Shown here piece by piece: positions 36,248 to 43,669 of a stretch of 43,669 nucleotides of DNA. Source of the stretch: Hyphochytrium catenoides. Its lineage: Eukaryota; Protista; Hyphochytriomycota. The notes below the pieces were generated by a model. The model did no database searches, had not been told where the DNA came from, and saw nothing but the letters and a program-made list of their open reading frames with translations. The translations under genes and the position numbers were made by a program. The first letter of the stretch is position 1. Each line of letters starts with the position of its first letter. The stretch is from positions 1-43,669 of the forward strand of contig FLMG01000801.1 in NCBI GenBank assembly GCA_900088475.1, given 5' to 3'.

Positions 36248-38392
36248 CTAGGAGGGAACTGGGAGCCAGGTTCTTGGCGGTGTACGAATCAGATCTTCTC
36301 TAATCTCTCTAATGACTGGCTTCTCATCTTCGCCAAATATGCCATACACATCCAGATGCTCAAGGAGGAGCTGCCGAACTAGTGGCTGGTCAACTCTGAA
36401 ATAGAACGGAACCTTGTCTAAGTATGTGGCATCCGCTTCACGGTCAAAGCCGTGCCTGATCGCGGTCATTCCTAGGTAATCGTCGTACTCTGGATAGTTC
36501 CGCTGGCTTGTACTGTTGCTCTCTCTGAGATTCTTGTAGCGCCCTTTGGCCTCATAGAGGATGTGAAAGAGGAGGTGGAACTCCTCTACATCCTGTATAT
36601 AGTGGAAGAGAATAGAATTCCGCGCGCAGCAGGAGGTGGACAGAGAAATGTTCCACAGTCGGTAAAGCTGATACCATTCTGCCGTGACCTCATAATGGCC
36701 ATCCCCACCCGTGAGGCGACTGGGTTGAAAGAGATTGAACCTGTCTCTGCCCTTTTTGTCTCGAGTGTCTGCGGGTCGGGCCCCTGTATCATATCGTGCA
36801 GGAATGACATCTATCAAAAAATGCAGTCACTGTCAAGGAAGCCGCAGAAGTGGTCGTGGCCTGCAAGAATGGAAGCTTATAGGCATAATGGACAGAAAGG
36901 AAGCCAGTAGACTCGTACTCATAAATGAAGAAGGCCCCACCTGTCTTCCGCAATGAGCAAGGGAGAAGAAAGTCTGCCAGTACGTTGCGTGCAAGCGGAT
37001 GGGACGGTAGAGACGTCATGCCGCCGTCCATCGCCGTATTGTAAGTGTGGATAGTGTCGTGTCCCAGGCAAAGCACATCAAGTGATGCCAACAGAGATGG
37101 CCAGCAAGCAGGAGGAGCGCAGACCAAGGGGAACTAGGTTGAGCTTGCTGGATAAGCTGTATAGAGTATGAGAACATAAGGTAGGCCCTACCTGGGCCGT
37201 GATTGCCATCTAGACATTCATGCTTCAGTCCCGCACGCTCATTCGCAAAATATTGAAGCAAAGCTCCGCGGCTGACAACATAGCCTGTACAGTGAGCGAT
37301 GCCATACTCTTAGAAGACATCAGGGGATGAAGAGCTCAGAGAACGGAGAGACCCTTAATTAGTAAGCAGCTCAATATAGGTCGTGGACTGTAGGATGGTT
37401 TAAAGGTTGAAGGAGGTCCTTGCTTACCTGCACCCGAGTTAAACACGAGATAATCGAGATGAGGCCAACTGTATGCGCCCTCCACTGGAAGCCGGAGCGG
37501 TGCACCCAGAAGTAGTGGTTCGTCAGAACGCAGTTCCGAGAGGAATGCCCTGAGGTTCTCTACTACGGTGAAGGCGTTATCCGCGGTGACGTAGAACCAA
37601 TCTGGAGCATAAGCTGGCTGAAGCATGGGCGACAGGATAAGAAAGTGACATAGGCAGACGCAGGAGAAGAGACGCAGGCAGACAGACCGATCGAAGAGAA
37701 GGACGGTCACACCGACTCTGTCCCATGAGCTCATTCACCCGTCCATCTGCTCTGCTTGCTTACCTGGAAACAGGTGTAATTGAGAGCCCAAAGAACAGGG
37801 TGCATTTTTATTTGCTTTTGCTTCAAAAGAGTACCAGGAGAGAGAAGCTGTGCTTTTCCATCAAGGATAGAGTGGACTACTGTGCGTAGGTTGTTCCCAT
37901 CTTGGCTCTCAATAAAGGCAAGATGATCGTCTGAACTCAGCCGACTGCCCCAAGTCTCAAGTATAGCTTGGGCTCTAGCGGGATAGAGCTCCGGAGGAAG
38001 GTTTGCCGATGATACAATAAACTGGATGCGGGGTCTCCTCCTTCTGTATGTCTCATCACTTCGGTCATGCTCTTTTATGGCGGCGATTCTCTGTCCTGTG
38101 CCTTGTTCATCTAGGGTCTACAGTGCAGCAAGCGGAGCGGTCAGAACGTCTGGAGTTTTTCAGATAGGTAAGAGGAAGTAACTGGTGCTGAACTGACCTC
38201 TCCTCTTTTACCAAAGGTTAGAGACTTATACAGAGTGAGCAGTGAAAGTGTCAATAGCGCCAGCAGCGATATCAATTTTGTTCCTCCGAACCACACGGTT
38301 CTCTCCCGCCTCGGCAAGGGCAATGGAGAAAGCGGGACAGGTAATGGAGAGAAAGAGCTCTCCGAGAGCTCTGGGAGGTTTGGGCGATGCAT
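36248..38392 (-). CDS. GT31 family, core-1 beta-1,3-galactosyltransferase (C1GALT1)/Fringe-like type II membrane protein with degenerate DxD motif
   Basis: N-terminal TM LISLLALLTLSLLTLY; RAQAILETWG; DWFYVTADNAFTVVENLRAFL...EPLLLG; FNSGA|GYVVSRGAL; DTRDKKGRDRFNLFQP; WY; CCARNSILFHYI. Internal exon boundaries are only partly resolved. Confidence 0.8.
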
Positions 38393-41300
38393 GTGCACTA
38401 GTATCACTGGTTAACACATACTCCGGAGTCAATCACACAGACAAATTCGATGTCTGTTATTTGTTGCCCTGATGTGACAGCGCACAAACGTAGTCTTGAA
38501 GATTAGAGCAAGCCAAGTTCTTCATTATTCTGCCCTTCTCATAGTCAAGGGTAGGCGCTATCGCTCTTACCTAGAGAGGAAGCATCTCTCGGTGTCGATC
38601 TCTAGCAAGATCCTTTTGTCTTTTGCCAGATCCGTTGCTGTCTGATCCCAAGTCCATCGTTATGAGCAGCAGTGATTCTTATCTTCAACCAAGGCTTGAC
38701 GCCTCTTGGGTGCATGTAGCCGAGGGGTAGCACTTACTGAGAGGTATATCTAATACATTACAATGTCTAAGGGGTAGCCGCACTCTCTATAGTGTACAGG
38801 GGGCTCCCCAAAGGACTCTATGCAGGTGAACAACAAAAGCTCAAGGTCCAGAAGAAAGGTGATCGGCGGCATGGGCAGAAGAGCAGGAGGCACCCCAAAA
38901 GGTACAGAAGAAGGGAAAGCGAGCTGCGGTAGACCGCCTAGTATTGGCCTTTATATCTTTTTTATAGCTGGCGTCTAACAGGAGAGTCCATTCGCCAGAC
39001 ATCCAAGGATTAATAACGGCCTACTGGTAAAGGAACGCACCTAACGACACCCATCGGCAGAGCCAGTCTCGTTTTTTGGAAAGAGTGGCGCTAGTTCTGG
39101 CGATAGCCGAAGGTACATCTGTTCACGCAGGAAGCCGTCTGGTTAGTCTGCTGGAGTGCATCAGCGGCTCCGTCCAGAGGTCGCCACCTAGTTTACGAAA
39201 GAGTATCATGATCTTCAGCAGCAGCACTATAAGTGGGTTGGTTTCCTTTCCTCCCTTCGCCATCTTGTAAAGGTGTTTGAGCGCTCCTCCCGCCGTAACT
39301 TTCGTAGTACAAGATAAGAGGAAAGAGAAGCTCTCCGAACATAGGAACCTACATTGCAAAGGCATTCGGGTTGCTGTTGCCTCTGCCGACGCTGATACAG
39401 CGGACAAGGAATGCCACCATCAGCGCTGACGATATCTATTTCTTGAAGACGACGAACTCCTGTGCATTATCAGTAGCGAGGCGGGGTCCGAGCGAAGAGG
39501 CCTTGGTGCTGCTTCTTCTCTCTTGCCCCTTTCGGCCTATAGACAAGGTTTCATCCTCTCAGTTAACACAGAGACAGTTAACTTTGTCGTCGTCCTTTTG
39601 CTTGTTGTACGAATCATGTTAAGTGCCTGAGTTATCGATCACTCTTCTATTTCATCATCTCTTTCTTCATCATGAGTTCCTCTTACCGAGCTACTTCTTC
39701 CCTGGTAAAGGAGGCTGGTTGGGGGGATCCATCATAGCTTTTCTCCGTTGCTAGCTTAGCATTTGGACTCTGTTCGACTCCTTACTACCGATAGCGCTGT
39801 TGATTATTAGTGACCCAACGGCTCTCTCTGTTGTTTCTCTTCTCTCCCTATGAGACGAATCTCCAGTGTATCACTGTTCACATTATCGCTTCGCTATCCT
39901 CAGCCTTAAGCCTCATCAGTGCTTTGAGCTAAGTAACTGGCTGGAATAGCTTGCGCTTGAGGGTTGACTGCTCTTCTACTAGGCCTACTAGGTCATTGGC
40001 TCCTAGTACGATTGGGATCAATGAACGCTCATACTGTGCCGTCCTGACAGGCCACAGTTAGAAGTTATTATGCACCAAGGAGGAGAGAGACCGTCAATGG
40101 GATGGTTGCTACTAATAATGTTAGTAGATGCTGGTAATGCAAAGTACAGCTCCCGCGGACGGACCCACGCCCTCTCGCAGGATGATGCGTCCTTCGATGG
40201 GACAAAGGGACTGTTACGGTTGGTTGACGAGACGAGCTACAGAGCACGGAAAAATGAGCCTCACGGCAATAGCCTGACTACCCATCTTATCCATGCCACC
40301 ACGATCACGACTGGCTGCTTGTCTCTGCTTTCCTCGACCCACCATCATCGAATATCCAATGCAAACGAAAGGCAATCGGGCGGACAGAAAAGGATCGGCC
40401 TCGGTAGACTATTGAGACATCAAGGGTACTTGTAGCCAGTGCAAGTTCTGCGGGAAAGACGACGTTACAAGCCCTGCAACACCTCTCGGCTCAATATTGC
40501 CTTTCCGGCTCACCCTGCTTATCGTCTTACTGCGACGGTGCAAGCCACTGTCGTGATGGATTTTTTCTCTCTTCTGCCAGACAAAACTCTGCGCCACCGC
40601 TAACAGCGCTTCAATCTCTTTCTGTACAAGGCCCGCTATAAAATAACTCTCAGTGGAGCTGCCCGCAGCAGCAGGTAGTAGTAGTACCTGCAATGTCTCA
40701 AAGCGGCACGCAAGCCTTACTTCGTCACCATCATCACCTCTTCTTTCGGTGCTGAGTGAGGCAAGAAGACCCTGGCAACAATCAAGGAGAGGTGGAGTGT
40801 GCCTGCGCTTGCTGGGGCAAGGCATGACGTGCTGGACCGCCCGATGGTGGTCGTGAGGATACTATTATATTATATGGAGCAAGGTTACCTACTATTAGAA
40901 CTATCTAACTGTGTAACATGCACCGATTGAACCAACCAATAGGAGGTAGTTGCTCCTTTTGGCTGGTAGTGGCTGCTTCCATCTTCTACCTGTACTATGT
41001 GTGAAGAGGATAATACGAATGGAATGGACCAGCGGATCGTCTTCTCGCAGAGTTTCTACGTCCAGCAGGAAAACGCTGCCATCAGTACATCATTAGGTGA
41101 AGAGACAGACCTAAGAAGCCGCTCCTCTTGGTGACAAGATTACCTTTAGTCCTGGGCAACTCTTATTATCACCGCCGGCATGGCATTCGTCTTGTTCCCA
41201 ACTACTGACATTCTCACGTTGCTTGTTGACCACTGTCATCCTTCCTCTTTGTGTCAGTCTGCCTCTTTCTCTGGACTGTAGGCGAGGAGGCGGGTGTGAC

Positions 41301-41764
41301 GTGCTGTCGTTTGTGAGCCATCCCTCCGTCTACTGATTAGCCTGTTCTTCTTCTTCCTCACACCAGTCGACTATCCAGTGCACCACGGATGCACTGAGGT
41401 TCTTTTCAATGACGGCTCTTTGGCCTCTACGTCTCTTCTTCCCTCCGCCAAATCAGCAGGGATTAAGTACAGCAAAAGGAACAGAGAAGGAGACGATGAC
41501 AAGGGAGATGGTGGATGATGGGTAGTATGAGGAAGAATAACAGCGATGAAAATGAGGACGACACATCTTCCTTTGAGGATAGGAGAATCTTGGACTGGCT
41601 CCTGGCTCCTCATCTTCCTCCTTCTTGTTTCGGCGCCCTGGTTGACATCCCATCAATAAGAAGGGTCAACAAGGAAGGACAATAGGAAAGCCGAGCAAGA
41701 CGATTGATGACCTAGCCAATGTAAACACAGGAGGAAGGGAGACATCATATAGATATCTGGCGGG

Positions 41765-41950
41765 AAGAGAGAGGAGAGAGATAGACGAGAGAGCGAGGGG
41801 TAAAGAGAGAGAGAGAGGAGGGAGAAGGAAGAGAGAATGCGAGGGAGAGGAGAGAGAGAGAGAGACAGAGAGCGGAGAGAGAGAGAGAGAGAGGAAAGCT
41901 TAGAGGAGTGGACAAAAGAAGGTGAAAACAGCGAAGGAAGAGGGAGAACG
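41765..41950. repeat. Imperfect (GA)n / polypurine tract
   Basis: Almost purine-only plus strand with several (GA)n runs. Confidence 0.85.
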
Positions 41951-43269
41951 AGATGAAATTCCCATCCGCTACGTATCGAGAGAGGGACCTACCTGCAGGG
42001 ACCAGCACCATAGTATAATCTATGGGCAGTAATGGGACCTTGTGCAGAGAGAAAAAGGACTAATCATCACAATTTTCCCCCAACGGCATGAGCTCTGGCC
42101 CGCCCTGGACCGCCTTGTGGGCTCAGCAAGGGAACTAATGACGGGACGGGCCTATCGAACTCTACCATCGCGATGTGAGAGAGAAGAGGAAGGTGTATGT
42201 AGCACCTTAGAAGAGGGATACTTAGAAGAACAGAGGGCACAGCACAGAGAAGAAGAGATCAATAGAGAGAAGAGAAAAGAGAGGAGCAGCAACATGATAA
42301 AGTACGACCAGCTCCTGATTATTCAACAACACGGTGAAAGAGGAAGAGCGAGAGCATATGATGATTAGTTAGGAGTTGAGGCCGCGCAAATACAGACGTC
42401 TCGGGGAGAAGAAACATTACCAGGACAAAACGAACGACAAAGCAGGGAGCAGTAGCGAGAGTGAGAGAGAGGAGTTCCGAGCCAGAGAAGAAAAAAAGAC
42501 TGACTTCTCAAGGAGGACGACGTAAGTGAAAAAACGCCCGAACCCATGCGTACTGCCTGGCCTCATCCCGTCCGTTGCTTGCCTAAGGAACTGCCGCCGC
42601 ACAGTCTCTTTTGGGTGGATGATGATGATAAGGTTGTCCTCCAGAGAAAGTGATAACGGAACGACGAGAAGACGATGAGGGAGGAGGGACAAGGAAAGAC
42701 CGCTCAATTCGAAGCAAAAGAGGAGTTTCATTGGGCGAAGATGGATGATGCTTGTACCATTCTTCTTTCTTTATCTGTGTCCTTTCCTTCTTCACTTTGC
42801 TTCCTTGTCTTCTGCATGCAGCCGCCCTGCTCTATTCTTAGTCCGAAAGTGGCTCTTGAAGATGTAAAAATATCAATAAAAACAAAGGAATAAATGACTG
42901 AAGAATCAGAAGAGAACTCCAAGCAGCCCCAAGGCCTTGGGTGAGCGCGTGAGACAGAGTGACCTTTAGATACCCAGCGCTTTCTGCTGGAAGGCACTAT
43001 AACCCCGTCATTTGGCGATAGAATGGACGAGCCAGAGTCGATCACAGACATCCACTCAAGCGGTCAGACGATGAGAAAGAAGAAGAAAGGAGCACGATGA
43101 GGCAAGGAAAGAGAAGGAAGAATGTCCATGCATGACGCGCGAGAGCCGGTCGTTCGATCGTTACAAGGGCCAGTTGGTGTGACGGTGAGCCGATGGGGCG
43201 CGGACAGCATTGGAAGAGGAGTAAAACAACAACAGGAAGACATTCTATGGGGAAGAGTTCCAAGAGAAA

Positions 43270-43392
43270 CCTAAGAGGGAACAGGGAAAGAGAGAAGAGA
43301 GAAACAGAGAGAGAACGAGAGGAAGCAGATGAAGAGACAAGAGAGAGAGAGAGAGAGAGAGAGAAAAAGGAGAGAGAGAGAGAGAGAGGAAG
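43270..43392. repeat. (GA)n microsatellite / polypurine tract
   Basis: Perfect (GA)12 at 43341..43364 and (GA)9 from 43370, within a purine-rich tract. Confidence 0.92.
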
Positions 43393-43669
43393 GTTGGCTG
43401 CCAGCCAGGAATGGAGGGACACAAGGCCCATGTACCAGCTCTTTCCAGGGCGGCATAGGTTTAGGTAAGATACATTCCCCTTTCTCCAGTTATTTTGGTC
43501 AACCGGTCGTCTAAGAACGGGTCCCTCCAGTCACACTTTTGGCTGTGTGGGAGGTGGTGGTGTGGGGACGTGGGGCCGTGGCGGCGAATCTTCAGACCGA
43601 GGAGATTCTTTCTGCCGCCCTCCCGCCATCACCAGCGCACTAGACATGACTCCAGTACAGAAAAAGAAA

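Noticed and set aside
39720-39795. GTTCGACTC T-loop-like motif suggesting a tRNA
   Set aside because: No cloverleaf stems could be built around it.
41745-43514. ORFs rich in SLSL or RERE
   Set aside because: They are translations of GA/CT microsatellites.

Overview
Eukaryotic nuclear DNA with spliceosomal GT-AG introns and CTRAC-type branch sites. Its compact, roughly 50% GC, GA/CT-microsatellite style suggests a stramenopile or eustigmatophyte (Nannochloropsis-like) alga; this taxon is an inference only. A gene-dense core (5.3-38.4 kb) holds ten protein genes: a PAS-containing hybrid histidine kinase with a C-terminal HPt, a small conserved unknown protein, homoserine dehydrogenase with ACT domain, a large C2-domain protein, an ORC2 fused to PHD/PZP zinc fingers, a DUS2-like tRNA dihydrouridine synthase with a zinc finger, a RidA-family protein, a 4EHP-like eIF4E, STI1/HOP, and a C1GALT1-like GT31 lacking the DxD motif. 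About 5 kb at each end has no supportable coding gene. The most striking observation is the 15-exon, in-frame reconstruction of a ~1343-aa IDR-PZP-PHD-ORC2 protein, a candidate histone-reading origin-recognition subunit. Second is the bacterial-style, intron-poor phosphorelay kinase whose single intron is stop-free and in frame. All gene models were spliced by eye and need RNA evidence.
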